Shown piece by piece: positions 13,691-27,745 of a stretch of 64,000 nt of DNA. The stretch comes from Octopus sinensis (taxonomy: Eukaryota), in NCBI RefSeq assembly GCF_006345805.1, contig NC_043002.1, forward strand, positions 28,520,001-28,584,000. The letters run 5' to 3'. The translations under genes were made by a program, and so were the position numbers. Each line of letters starts with the position of its first letter. Within the stretch, counting starts at the first letter, position 1. A model generated the notes under the pieces. That model searched no databases, had not been told where the DNA came from, and worked only from the letters and a program-made list of their open reading frames with translations.

Positions 13691-13740
13691 AGAGCTTGGA
13701 ATGTTCATGCATTAAACTGCATGTGTTTATATACATATAC

Positions 13741-13772
<32 letters not shown>

Positions 13773-13854
13773 ACATAAAAATATATACATATATATATAT
13801 ATACATATATATACATATATAGATATACATATATATATTACTATATATATACAT

Positions 13855-13890
<36 letters not shown>

Positions 13891-14025
13891 ATATATATAA
13901 CATACATAATATACATACATATATATATATACATACATATATATACATATACATACATATATAACATACATATATACATGCATATATACATATATACAAT
14001 ATAATATATACACATATATATATGC

Positions 14026-14059
<34 letters not shown>

Positions 14060-14092
14060 GATATATATATATATATATATATATATTAATAT

Positions 14093-16980
14093 GTACTTTG
14101 ATACTTTGATACTTTGATAGGTTCGGCCATTATTGCCCAGGCCATGTCTAACTTAATAGCACCACCTGGTGAAGTCTTCAAGTCAGAATTTGGGCACTAT
14201 GGCCCACTCAAGTAGAGAGTTATTGTTTACAGAGACATATCCGGGTGTAGGGGATTTATCCGGGATTTCTTGAAGGAATCTGTCCAAAGACTTCTTGAAC
14301 CCTATAGGGTCAGTTTCTGTTTTAATGTGGTTGGTGGTGTAATGTTAAAGAGAGCGGGGCCAATTGAGGTGAAATAATTGTGCCGTATTGTTGTTATGAG
14401 ATGAGAGTGCGATTTTTGTTTTGGCGCATGGCACGGGGCCCAAGCCTTGGATGTACCTTGAAGGTGATGCCAACATCATTTGGGCAATGCTGATGGAATA
14501 TTTTCCACATCATGCAGATGATGTAGCGCTCACGACGACGTTGGAGAGAATAGAGTTTTAGCTTTTCTAGTCGACCCCAATAGTCGAGGCCTGTCATGCC
14601 ATCTATCTTTTTTGTGATTGCCCTTTGAGGTGCTTCAAATTTATGATACCTTGTATTGTGTGGGGAGACCACAGTGGACAACAGTATTCAGGTGGGGTCG
14701 GGCAAAAGTGGAGAAGAGAAGGATAATGGTGTGGATATCTCTCGACTGGAAGTTCTGAGAATCCAGGAACACATTCTGCGGGCCATGTCAACTTTGGTTT
14801 TATATGAGTGGCCCAGCTTATGTGTTGTCCACAATTACTCCAAGTCTCTGATGTTGTTGGACGCCGCGAGAGTTTCACCTGAAGGAAGGGAGTATGGGAG
14901 TTTCAGGGCATCCTCTTTTCCAAAGTGGATTAGCTCAAATTTATCCTCGTTCAGCAGCATATTGTTTTTTTCTGCCCATTGGATAACAGCCAGTAGATCT
15001 GACTGAAGGCATTCGGTCACTCGCCTCATTTATGACCTTCTGTAGCTTGGAGTCATCTGCAAAGATTTTTATGTTGCTGTGCTTGATGATGTCATTAATA
15101 TCATAATGTAAATGATGAAAAGAAGTGGGCCCAGCACAGTGCCTTGCGGAACGCCACTACTGACTTTGGCTGGGCTTGATTTTACCCCTTCAACTACAAC
15201 ATGTTGAGATCTGTCTGTCAGGAAAACTTGATCCATTTCAGTAACTTTCCAGAGACACCAATGTTGGATAGTTTTTTCAATAGGATCTTGTGATCGACCC
15301 TGTCGAAGGCCTTACTGAAATCAAGGTAGATGACATCGGGGTGGAGCCCTCTCCCAAAGTTCTCAAATGTCCTCAAAGTGATGCAGGAGCTGCGTTAGGC
15401 AGTCCCTTCCATTACGGAACTATGTTGGTTGGAGATCAGCCGTCTGTTGCTTTCCAGAAATGGGTTATTCGAGATCTCACCACCCTCTCAAATACCTTGA
15501 TGATATGAGAGGTGAGTGAGATCGGACGGTAATTCACTGCAAGGGACTTGTTTCCTTTTTGAAAACTGGGACAACAGACTGGGACAGAAGGTTTTTTGGA
15601 ATATAGCCAGCATCCAGTGAGTTTCTCCACAGATTAGCAAGGGGAGATGCAAGTGGTGTCGAACACCTTCAGGAAACAAGCAGGGAACCTATCGGGGCCT
15701 ACTGCTGAATTGCGTTTATTTCGTTTATCGCCGCTAAGACATCAGGGGCACTAAACGTTATGTCCGATATACTGTGTTGGGGGTTGACATCACTGATACA
15801 GCCCAGATCGGCCATATCAGGATTGCTGAAAAACAGAGCAGTATTGTTTCTGCAGTATCTCGGCCATGGATTTGGCATTATCTTGGAGAGTGCCAGTTTC
15901 GTCAATTAGAGGGCCTACAGTGGAGACAGTGACCCTGCGTTTCCTCGCAAATGAAAGAACACTTTGGGGTTGAGTTTGATTTTTTCAATGGCCCACTTCT
16001 CCTCAGCTGATCTTTGGTATTGATGAGGGTCTTCATGCATTGTTGGAGGTTATATTTTTAGATTCAAGCAGTGCGATAGCCGTCGAATGTGGTGTGTTGC
16101 TGTTGGCAGTACTTTAGTTTGTTAATTTTTTGTTTGTTCTTTTTATTTTTCTGATAATGGTTTTTCTGTTTTGGGGGATTCTGCACTTTTTGTTCACAGG
16201 TCTTGGTGGGGAGTGTTTTGCACATATGTCTGTGACGGTGTCTACAAAGATCTGCCAAGATGTTTTATGGTTGGTGGAGATGTGTGTATGTGTAAAGGAC
16301 AGTCAACATGTGATAGCTCGTTCCTGATTGACATCCCAGTTGGCATTATGGAGATCCATGTTGTCAAATGGGTGGGCTGGAGGAAGGTCACTAGGATTAG
16401 CTTTCGGCTGGTGGAATTTCATGTTACAGAGAACCATGTCATGGTCTGAAAGAAGGGTTTTTTCCACTGTAACGTTAAGTATAGTGTTAGTGTGGTACTA
16501 AACACTAGGTCCAAAATGTTCTGATGTCTTGTTGGTGCAAGGACAAGTTGGGACAAGAAAAAAATCATTCGTAAAGTCGAAAAGTGACTCTGGCTTCTTT
16601 GTCAGCGGTTGAGGCGGGAGTGCTTGGTTTCAAACAGTTCTAGTCCAGTCAACACAGGGTAGATTGAAGTCTCCATCATGAGTATGTTGCTAGAATGGCA
16701 CTGTTGAATAAAGCACTTAATGCTGTTGAGGCATTCTTTAAAGCACAGTATGGGTGTTTGGGGCGGCCTATAGAGCCCAATTACTGTCAGGTCATTGGCT
16801 TTGTTGTGCACGGTACTGATTCACAGTAGCCGTTGGAGAATATACTATTTCCATCTGCCGTAAATGAATCATGCAGGAAAATGGCAGTTCCACCCTTCCT
16901 CCTGCCGATACGATCCGCGCGGATGGTTGTGAAATTCTTCATTCTCACTTCGGCTTCCAAGTGGGAGTTGTCAAGGTGGG
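14093..16980 (-). mobile_element. CR1-clade LINE: near-complete ORF2 (APE endonuclease + RT) with many frameshifts, 3' UTR and 8-bp tail repeat
   Basis: APE: IRADRIGRRKGGTAIFL, TVIGLYRPP. RT: NYRPISLTSHIIKVFER, DVIYLDFSKAFDRVDH, SGVPQGTVLGPLLF, KIFADDS, LNEDKFELIHFG, RLEKLKLYSLQRRRERY. Ends in about three copies of TATCAAAG; embedded in (AT)n on both sides. Confidence 0.93.
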
Positions 16981-16985
16981 TATAT

Positions 16986-17016
<31 letters not shown>

Positions 17017-17063
17017 CATATATATATATATATATGCATACATATATATATGCATACATATAT

Positions 17064-17678
17064 GTGAAATTTTGCGTTAAACAAGGGAAATCTTCAACTC
17101 GATTACGCAATGTTTCAAGTGGAACGGGCGAACGACAGAGCCGCAACTCAATCAAGAGCATGCTCATCGTTTTTTAAATTTTTTTTTCGACATCCGCGGT
17201 ATTGTGCATCGAGAATTCGTCCCCCAGGGCCAGACCATCAATCGAGGATTCTACTGCAGCGTTTTGAAGCGCTTGCAGGAGGATATTCGGCGAAAGCTAC
17301 CGAATCTGTGAAGCGCGTAGAATTGGATTCACCATGATGAAAATGCCCCCGGTCAACAAGCTCTCCTCACGAGTAAGTTCAACATTGTGTCGTTTGCACA
17401 TCCGTCCTATTCACCAGATTTAGCACCTGCAGACTTCAGTCTCTTCCCGAAGAGGAAAATGCAGCTCAAGGGTCGCCGTTTTAACAACGTTATCGTGATA
17501 AAGAGCGAACCGCAGAAAGTCTTCGACTCGCTTACGCAAAACGACTTGCACACCAGATTCCAAAAGTGGCAGTAACGCTGGAACCAGTATATTGCTGTGA
17601 AAGGAGACTATTTCGAAAGAGATGATGTTAAAACTTCGGGAAATAAGTAATGTTTTATTAAACATAACTAGTCCGGGA
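17064..17678 (+). mobile_element. Internally deleted mariner transposase remnant
   Basis: KFCVKQGKS, MLIVF..DIRGIVHREFVP, HHDENAP, HPSYSPDLAPADFSLFPK.K..LKGRRF and RWNQYIAVKGDYFE are mariner DDD-domain motifs; probable start of the 3' TIR at actagtccggga. Confidence 0.9.
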
Positions 17679-18204
17679 GGAGAAGTAGTCTTACTGAAGA
17701 TGTTAACATATAGCTAGCTCACCTGAAAAGGGGAAGAAAGAAAGAAAGAACTGCCAGGTGGTTGTGTAGGTAAGTGTACGGAGTGAAAATAATGTGACAC
17801 ATGGTTAAAGATAGGGAAGGAGTTGGTCGTGGAGGACATCAGTTTAGTTTCGGGGTGAGTGAAGGAAATGGGGTAACACAGAAGATTGATGGAAGGGTAA
17901 GTGTCAGTAGGTGATTAGTGGAGGAAGGCTTGACAGAACCTCAATTCTGCTGAGATGGATAGGCGGGTCTTCATCGCGGATACCCCGTCATCTCCTCTGA
18001 GAGGTTCAGTGCCATGGACATTCTTCACCATCTCATCCTGCGTTTCCCAATGTATATACATGTATACATATGTGTGTGTGTGTGTACAGTAAATATGTAT
18101 ATATATGTATAGATACATACATGTATACATATATATTCATGTGTGCGTGTGTAATCAGGATCAGTCACTGCGTGAAAGCCTATCATAAATTCATATGACG
18201 ATCT

Positions 18205-18350
18205 TCCACAGTTTCCGTCTTTTGATTCTCACTGACAAGGCTTTGATTGATCAAAGAGTATTGTAAAAGACATGTTCCCTAAGACGCCCCAGAAAGGGAT
18301 CGAACCCGGTGCACCATGATTGTGAAGTAAACTTCTTAAACGTTCGGCCT
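18205..18350 (-). mobile_element. Family-2 SINE head (diverged)
   Basis: Minus strand ...ccgggttcgatccc..ttagggaacatgtcttttac..agccttgtcagtgagaatc..acggaaactg. Confidence 0.65.
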
Positions 18351-20420
18351 TCCTGCACAAATAAACTAAATAGTATACGCACATAGACACAGACTCACAC
18401 ACACGCAAGCACACACACGCGCACGCGCGCGCACTTGCATACTCACACATACATGCACACGCTTATTCACAAATCAGTGTTACCTTCACGTGCCAAGGAA
18501 CCTAGCTGATAGAAATAGCAATCAAATCCCTCTAAATCCCCACCACCTAGATCTTAATCTGACCACCAACACCACTACAGCCACCACCAAAACCTCCTCC
18601 CACCTTTTTCTGACTCTAAGTAGAACCATCACCATTACATTGTACAAGCACCAAATCCCACCTCCTGATTCTACCTACCACCACCATCACCAGCCTTACA
18701 TAACACAACAGGCAACTCCGCCACCAATCACTACCGTCCGTACCACACCATCGCCATCATTACTGCCTTGTCGATGTCTACCACCATCATCAGTACAGAC
18801 CCCCACCAAACCCCCGCCATTTCCATACTACCATCCATCGTTCACTTATCAAAGACCACCACCGTCACCACAACCACAACACCAGCAACATTGGCCATCA
18901 TTAACAATAGCCATCAAATCAACAACAACAAAAACTACTACTGCAACAACAAACACAAACAAAGGCAACAAAAACAACAAGAAAAACTATAGTAACAACA
19001 ATAGTAACAAGAAAAACAGCAAAATCTTCTGTAACAACAACAAAAACTACAGTAACAACAACAGCAATAACAAAGTCTACAATAATGACAACATCTTCAA
19101 GAAAAAAAACAACAAAACAGTAACCGCATACAAATGAACTATGCAACCAGCCGACCAATCGTCCAGCTCTACCAGCCAGCCTATTGCATGACCAGAAGTT
19201 TCGGTAAACACAAGTAAACTAACGTAGACATTACTTTACAACAAACCTTATTCTTTCTATTGTTGAAGTTCTTTTGATGTGAGCACAATTGCAAAAAGGC
19301 CACTATCACTTGTCATTGTTTGTTGAATGAATGGCCAGATGGAATAACCATTATAATGGCTAGCAAAAGAGAGAACAATGCAACTGATGTCTTATACAAA
19401 ACAGTTGCGTTCTTTGGGTCGTTTTTTGTGGCACTGGTGTTGTAATAACAGTTTGTTGACCTTTCCCGCCCTTCAAATGTTCTATACCGCCAACCGCCAT
19501 GCCTCTTACCAACGCTATCATCCCCACCGCCACCATCACCAACGCCACTACCTCAACTGCCACGTATTGCATAGTTTAGTCCACCCGCCATTAACAGCCA
19601 TAATATTCATTGACCGATCTGCATATCTGTGTGAGTGGCTTTGTATGCGTGTGCGTACGCTTGTGTATATGTATGTGTATACGTGTGTCTGTGCGCGCAT
19701 GTGTGTATTTCTCCGTGATTGTATGCGTGTCAATATGTGACTATGTATGTGTGTGAACGTGATTTTGTGTAAACGCTGGTGTTTCTAGGATTGCATCAGT
19801 GTCATTATGTAACTATGTGAGTAAGAACGCTTTTGCGCATGTGTGTGCGTGTCTATGTGTGTCGTTTCTGCGATTATATATATGTTAGTATGTAATTGTG
19901 TATGTGTGAGTGTGGATATATTTTCATGTAAGTGTATGTGTTTCTGTGACTGTATGTATGGGAGTGTGTAACTGTGTATGTGTTTCCGTGTGTGTCAGTG
20001 TGTGTGTGTGTGTGTGTGGTGTGTGTGTGTGTGTGTGCGTGTGTGTGTGTGTGTGTGTAGTGTGTGCCACTATGCTTTTGCGTGTGTTTATGAGTTTTAT
20101 TGGAGTTTTTATGTGTGAATTTGCTTTAGCATTTTTAGTTTTTTAGTTTCTTGTTTTATTTATTTATTGTTTCGTCCAAGATTCGAACAAGTGATCTGAC
20201 TTGTGTTTGGCATTCTTTTACCTGGAAATAAAAGTAATCCCTCCTCCATTACCAACAAAAAAAATTAGGATAATAACAATAATGGTGAAAGAAGGAAGGG
20301 GAGACGGAGTAGCCTCTGTGTCCATTGATGGCCAACATTTTTCCTGTAAGCGATGTATAATACGGAGCTAAATAAAATGAGAAGTATATAAGCACAAATG
20401 AATAAATATACATTTACATA

Positions 20421-20452
<32 letters not shown>

Positions 20453-20471
20453 CGTATATGTATAAGTATAC

Positions 20472-20508
<37 letters not shown>

Positions 20509-21246
20509 TATATTTGTATCAGTATATGTGTGTATGTATATGTATATATACACAAACTTATATATACATATGAACACATATATACATGCATACATACTGC
20601 ATTAATTGTAGGAGTGGTAATAATAATAATGATAATAATAATAATAATAATAATAATAAGCAAAAAAGTAAGGCTTTAAAATGAAGAAGAAGAGGAAAAA
20701 GGAAAAGAAAAAGAAAAAGAAAAAGATAAAAAAAAGAAAAAAGAAGAAGAAGAAGAAGAAGAAGAAGAAAAGGAGGAGCTAGTAGAGTAGACAGAGGAGG
20801 AGGGGCTAAACATTCATCGTCATCAATTGTGTAATCCATAAATAAATGCAAAAAAAATGGAATAAAAAAAAAGAACCTGAAAAATGAAGAAATAACATTA
20901 ACTAAATGCGTTTATGAAACCAACTCCAGATGACTATGTAATATAGCTTCCTGGAATACAGCATGAACACCACAACATCACTGTATGGAGGAGGAGCTTC
21001 AATACAGTTGCATATCCGATTAAAATTGCAACCGTATTTACCAGAGATCACATATTACCGTCTTCAGTCTTTGTTGTATATATATCGACGCGACAATCAC
21101 GGTTGGAAGGCTTTTCCTCGTACGTCTGGTATGTCAGGACTAAACTGAGGTTAAATAACTACTACGACCATATCAGAAATTCTACCAATATCACTCGATA
21201 CAGCCCTCGCCAATACTGCTGCTAGCGCTCTTTTACTTAAGTACTA

Positions 21247-21902
<656 letters not shown>

Positions 21903-21944
21903 AATAATATAAAATAATAATAATAATAAAATATAATAATAATA

Positions 21945-22500
21945 AAATGCCCTGATGCAGTACCAGGCAGTGGCTCTCATGGCTTCTGATCTTAACTGAT
22001 TGGAAGTGTTATCATGTACATTGTTTTGTCTTGGTATAAAAGATGGGTACAGCAAATATTCCTGCTCAATACCACAGATTTGCTTGTCAGTTGTTTGACC
22101 TTAACCAGTTGAGCATGGTCCCTTAGTGGCTGACGATATGTGCATCTCTGATCACGAGCGAAGTAGTGGGGGAGCATCATAGCATGTGTTGAGAGGGATT
22201 CTTTGGGGTTTGAATAGTTCACCTCTGGAAACATGGTGGTTCTTTCAACATCGTTAAACAACCCTTATTCAGGGACCGTTTGAGCGGGATGGGCTACTCA
22301 ACCTGAAGAAAATTCTAACTGGGCCCCACCTGCAAGGTCATGTGCTGTTTATCTTGATATGAGATCACCATGTCGCGCACATATGGTTGTGATGCATGTG
22401 CCTGGTGTACCTTTATCAGACGGGTAGTCATGATGGGTATATTGGGCTTCGTATATTTTACCCCAGTGTCACTTTGATGGCATGAACTGCTCTCTCACTC
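21945..22500. mobile_element. Unclassified ~555-bp interspersed repeat, copy 2
   Basis: Direct repeat of 21344-21902, separated by ~40 bp of TAA and followed by a long (TAA)n. Confidence 0.85.
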
Positions 22501-22574
<74 letters not shown>

Positions 22575-22656
22575 CAACAACAATAATAATAACAATAATA
22601 ATAACAATAATAACAATAATAATAACAATAACAATAACAATAATAATAACAATAAC

Positions 22657-22711
<55 letters not shown>

Positions 22712-22713
<2 letters not shown>

Positions 22714-23095
22714 CCTTTCTATTATAGACGCAAGACCTGAAATTTGGGGGTAGGGATAGGTCAATTACATCGACACCCGTGCTTCACTGGTACTTAATTC
22801 ATCGACCCCGAAAGGATAAAAGGCAAAGTCGACTTCGGCGGAGTTTGAACTCAGAGCGTAACGGCAAACGAAATACCTATTTCTTTACTACCCACAAGGG
22901 GCTAAACACAGAGAGAACAAGCAAGGACAAACAAACGGATTAAGTCGATTATAACTGGTACTTATTTAATCGACTCTGAAAGGATGAAAGGCACAGTTGT
23001 CCTCGGCGGAATTTGAACTCAGAACATAAAGACAGACGAAACACCGCTAAGTATTTCGTCCGGCATGTTAACGATTCTGCCAGCGCGCTGCCTTA
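22712..23095 (-). mobile_element. Composite family-1 SINE (tail-A unit joined to a headless tail-B unit)
   Basis: Two B-box/central-domain blocks; minus-strand junction aaagaaatag|gtatttcg at 22876/22877. Confidence 0.9.
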
Positions 23096-23153
23096 ATAAT
23101 AATAATAGTATTATCATTACCACCACCACCATCACCACTACTTACTACTACTA

Positions 23154-23188
<35 letters not shown>

Positions 23189-23258
23189 TCTACTACTACT
23201 GCTGCTACTGCTGCTGCTGCTTCTACTACTACCGCTGCTACTGCTGCTGCTACTGCTT

Positions 23259-23293
<35 letters not shown>

Positions 23294-23319
23294 ACTACTA
23301 CTACTACTACTACTACTAC

Positions 23320-23549
23320 CTATTTCTTTATTACCCACAAGGGGCTAAACACAGAGGGGACAAACAAGGACAGACATAGGTATTAAGTCGATTACATCGA
23401 CCCCAGTGCGTAACTGGTACTTAATTTATCGACCCCGAAAGGATGAAAGGCAAAGTCGACCTCGGCGGAATTTGAACTCACAACGTAACGGCAGATGAAA
23501 TACCGCTAAGCATTTCGCCCGTCGTGCTAACGTTTCTGCCAGCTCGCCT
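23320..23549 (-). mobile_element. Family-1 SINE, clean tail-A monomer within (TAC)n
   Basis: ggcgagctggcagaaacgttagc...gagttcaaattccgccgaggtcgactttgcctttcatcctttcggggtcgataaattaagtaccag...gtaataaagaaatag. Confidence 0.92.
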
Positions 23550-24246
23550 ACTACTACTACTACCATCATTATGATCATTTATACAACTGAACTAAAACTA
23601 CTACTACTATCATCATCATCATTATAACCACTGTTACTACTACAATTACTAGTACTTTTTTAAACTGCTGCCATTTTTGCAACTACTACTACTGCTACTA
23701 CAATCTCGTATCAGATTTCTCTTTAACTTTTAGGACGGAATACATAACCAATAGGCAAGTGGGGAGTTTATTCTGGGTTCAGCATTATCAATGAAGAACA
23801 ATGGTAAAGAAATCATCGTCATCAATCCCTGGGACATTACTGTGTCGACTCCGAGGATTCATAGGATAGGTTATCCAGTTTCTACAGCATATAAGGGCAG
23901 AGATCACAACATTCCCTCTAAACGGTGCACCAAACCATCGTAGGGTTTCTAATTTGCTGTTGAATGGACAAGGACAACGTAAAGTGAAGTGTTTTGTACC
24001 AGAAGGCAACAAACCTTCCGGTCCAAGAATTGAAACCATGCCCTCACGAGTGTGGATGCAAATACCCTAACGACTAGTCCACACACCTTCTCCATTAAAG
24101 TACAATAACAATAAAGAATTACAAAATAACGGGAAAAAACAGCATTCCTTAAATGTGAACAACTTCATAAAGAGATTTTTAGAGACCTGTACGCAACCCT
24201 GAATTACTGCTGCACACCGAAGATAACTGCTTTCTCCTGTGAAGTC

Positions 24247-24352
24247 AGGTGGCTTAGTGGTTAGAGTGTTCGGCATATGATCATGAGGTCGTGAGTTCAA
24301 TTCCTGGAGAGGGCACCACGTGGTGTCCTTGAGCAAGACACTTCATTTCACA
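24247..24352 (+). mobile_element. tRNA-derived CORE-type SINE head
   Basis: ggtggcttagtggttagag (A-box), gagttcaattcc (B-box), gtgtccttgagcaagacacttcatttcaca (CORE-like). Related minus-strand remnants at ~23985-24085 and ~43675-43775. Confidence 0.75.
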
Positions 24353-25306
24353 TTGGTTACTGAAACTGAATACCAATCGATTGTTGGTCCTCTCCTTCCA
24401 GTTATCACATCCTTGATGCTCTGCTGGTTCAAATGTGAAAGAATCGAGGTGTGCATGTCTTGCCACAGCGATGTAGGCACCTAAAACAATAAGAGAAAGT
24501 GTTATACAAGTTATCAAGCCATATTTGCTCGCGATTAGTGGCCAGCTGTATTGTACACTGCCGCCAACATGCAGCTATAAAGTTAAAATATATCAGCCTA
24601 ACCATTCTCATTTCGCCACCCTCAAACACACCCAGCTTTCATAAAATTTACACAGGAAGGCAGCACCACCACTCTTTTTTTTTCTCGCATTCCACTTCAA
24701 GTGTTACCCAAAATTGGCGAGACCTGGAACTGAAAAGAAAAGCTTTGCTTTCAAACTTTTTACCTACGCCCATCTCATATTTTTTTCTGCCGTAACCACC
24801 AAGCAAAGGACCAACCACATAGCTGGAGGGTAGATTACACTGAGCTCCTAGATGCCAAGCACACAATTTCGGTCTGCGCTTAAGTCAAGATTGCAACTCA
24901 GTCAAACAAACGAGCTTCGGAAAGAAGTCTCATAAAAAACGATCACGTTTGTCCACTGTTCTGTTACTGACATCCTGATGTCTCTGCAGATTTAGCAGAT
25001 TCAGCGCGTGCCAGCATATCATCAGCTAGAGCACTCTGAGAACTTCTTGTGTGAGTGTCAATGACAAATACACTTCCTGACCAGCGGAATCATCGCTTTC
25101 CCGAAAAACAAAAGAGCTTGTGTTCTAATCTAGTCATGTTCTTTTTCTTGACGCAAGGCACAATCAGACGGTAGTGCATCATCCCGCGCCATGATGTAGG
25201 CGTTAGTTAGCCCAACCGTTTAGAGAAAGCTTCAGCTTCCTTTCAGACCATTTTCTGAATGTGGCTGGCCACCCAGTTCGCAATTCCTTTGATGATAGTA
25301 CCAATA

Positions 25307-25365
<59 letters not shown>

Positions 25366-26310
25366 TATAATAATTTTTTTTATTTGCTAAAAGTACGATC
25401 GAGGAGGAGGACATTAGAAAAAATATTGTGGGATGGTTTACAGAATCGAGTTGAAGACAGGATTGAAAAAAGAACATTTTATTAGAAAGATGATGTATAA
25501 CGCCCCAATAAGAGGAGGTAAAAGTATAGGAGGAGTGGAAGAAGAAGAAGAAGAAGAAGAAGGAGAAGAAGAAAAGAGGAGAGGAGGAAGAGAAGGATGA
25601 AGAAGAGGGGATGATGATGATGATGACGACGACGATGACAACCACGACCACGGCGAAAGACATTGAAGATTCTGCACAACCACCACCACCACCACCACTA
25701 CTACAAGTACTACAACTGGAAGCCCCATATGTGAAGAATGACACCCCTTGTCTGTCTGCCTATCTACCTGACTGACTGTCTCAGAGCTTGTGTTGTTTTG
25801 TATTGTTTTGTTTTGTTTCGTTTATTTGTTTACTTCTGTTTGTAGTTTCTATGAATGTGATAACGCCACCATTGAACAGCATGTCTCTCGTTAACAACAA
25901 CAATAACAGCAACGACAACAACAACAACATTGACAACAACAATGACTTCTTAAAAAAAAATACACCGTTGCTCGGACTAATGATGTGAACTGCAAGAGTG
26001 GAAGATATGAAGACACTTTACCCTGAAGGTCAGTAGGTTGTTATAAGACCGTCCTTCTCTGCTATAGAACGGTGTGGAATTGCATGGAATGGTGTGGAGA
26101 GCGGTGGCATGGAATGGTGTAGCGTATGGTGGCATGGAATGGCAGACAAACACTGGTTAAGAGAAAAGTAACAAAATAAGAGACAGGAATAAAGAATATG
26201 GCTGAAGACACAAAAGATCGCAAAAAAAACGATACCGAGAAAAATGAAAACGGGGAAAAAACACAAATTTTCCCAAAATTATATGTATGTGTGTATATAT
26301 GTATGTATAT

Positions 26311-26334
<24 letters not shown>

Positions 26335-26352
<18 letters not shown>

Positions 26353-26545
26353 CACGCATACGTACACATATATAAACATAGATAAATAATTTTAATATAT
26401 ACAAATATATGAATATGTATGTACATATATATACACACACACACATATATATATATATACATACACGCATACGTACACATATATAAACATAGATAAATAA
26501 TTTTAATATATATACAAATATATGAATATGTATGTACATATATAT

Positions 26546-26575
<30 letters not shown>
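26335..26575. repeat. Tandem duplication of a ~112-bp AT-rich unit
   Basis: catacacgcatacgtacacatatataaacatagataaataattttaatatatacaaatatatgaatatgtatgtac occurs at ~26349 and ~26460. Confidence 0.85.
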
Positions 26576-26593
<18 letters not shown>

Positions 26594-27362
26594 TATACAC
26601 ATATGCATATATGTGCGTGCATGCGTATATAAATGTATGTTTTGTGTTCGTATACATCATGACACATACTTACACACATATATATGTGAATAATTGCTGG
26701 TATTGAGCAATAACATGAAAGAACTATGTGTGACAGGAAATGGCCAAAGACAGAGAGGGATGGGGGAGAGAGATACGGAGTAGGAGAGAGGGCAGAGAGA
26801 GAGAGATGAGGATAGAAAGGAGGAAAGGGAAAGAGCGAGGAATAGTGAGAGGTGGAGAGACAAAGGGGATGAGTTAAAGCGGAAAAGAATGTAAGAGACA
26901 AAGAGTCAAAAAGAGAGGCAGAGAGTTGTAGGTGAGGTAGAGAGCGGTTATTGAAGGATAGAGAGAGTGAGATATATACATGTTGTGAGAGGGAGAGAAA
27001 GAAAAACAGAGATAAAGAAGCAGGAGGAGGCAGGAAAGGAAAGAGAGGAGTTTGGCTGGAAACGGCAGTCAAAAAATATAGTCTTGTTGAAATCAACCTT
27101 ATTCAATTGCAATGATGACTCCAACATCAACAACAGCATCAATATCAACAACAACAATAACATCATCAACATCAACGTCAACACCATCGACAACATCAAC
27201 ATCAATAACAACAAAAACAGCAACAACAAAACCATAGTGATGATGATGACGATGATGATGCTGATGATGATCCTCATGATGATGATGATGATGATGATCA
27301 TCATCATCATGAAGATCCTACCAATAAAAACCTCTACGACAACAATAGCAACAATAAGAAAA

Positions 27363-27366
27363 AATA

Positions 27367-27421
<55 letters not shown>

Positions 27422-27458
27422 TAATAATAATAATAGTAATGATAGTAATAATGATAAC

Positions 27459-27489
<31 letters not shown>

Positions 27490-27651
27490 GTAATGATAGT
27501 AATAATAATACTAATAATGATGATGATGATAATAATAATACTAATAATGATGATGATGATAATAATAATACTAATGATGATGATGATAATAATAATAATA
27601 ATACTAATAATGATGATGATGATAATAATAATAATAATCATAATAATAATA

Positions 27652-27692
<41 letters not shown>

Positions 27693-27745
27693 TAATAATA
27701 ATAATAATAATAGTCCTGATGATAGCAATAATAATAATGTTAATA
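27363..27745. repeat. (TAA)n/(TGA)n compound microsatellite
   Basis: Seen directly. Confidence 0.9.

Noticed and set aside
16787-17177. ORFs that appear to fuse endonuclease and mariner sequence
   Set aside because: Chance read-through across the (AT)n separating two independent insertions on opposite strands.
17910-18050. Possible LINE 3' fragment on the minus strand
   Set aside because: Only a vague resemblance; no diagnostic motif.
26015-26045. TACCCTG resembling the start of miR-10
   Set aside because: The rest does not match and I see no precursor hairpin.
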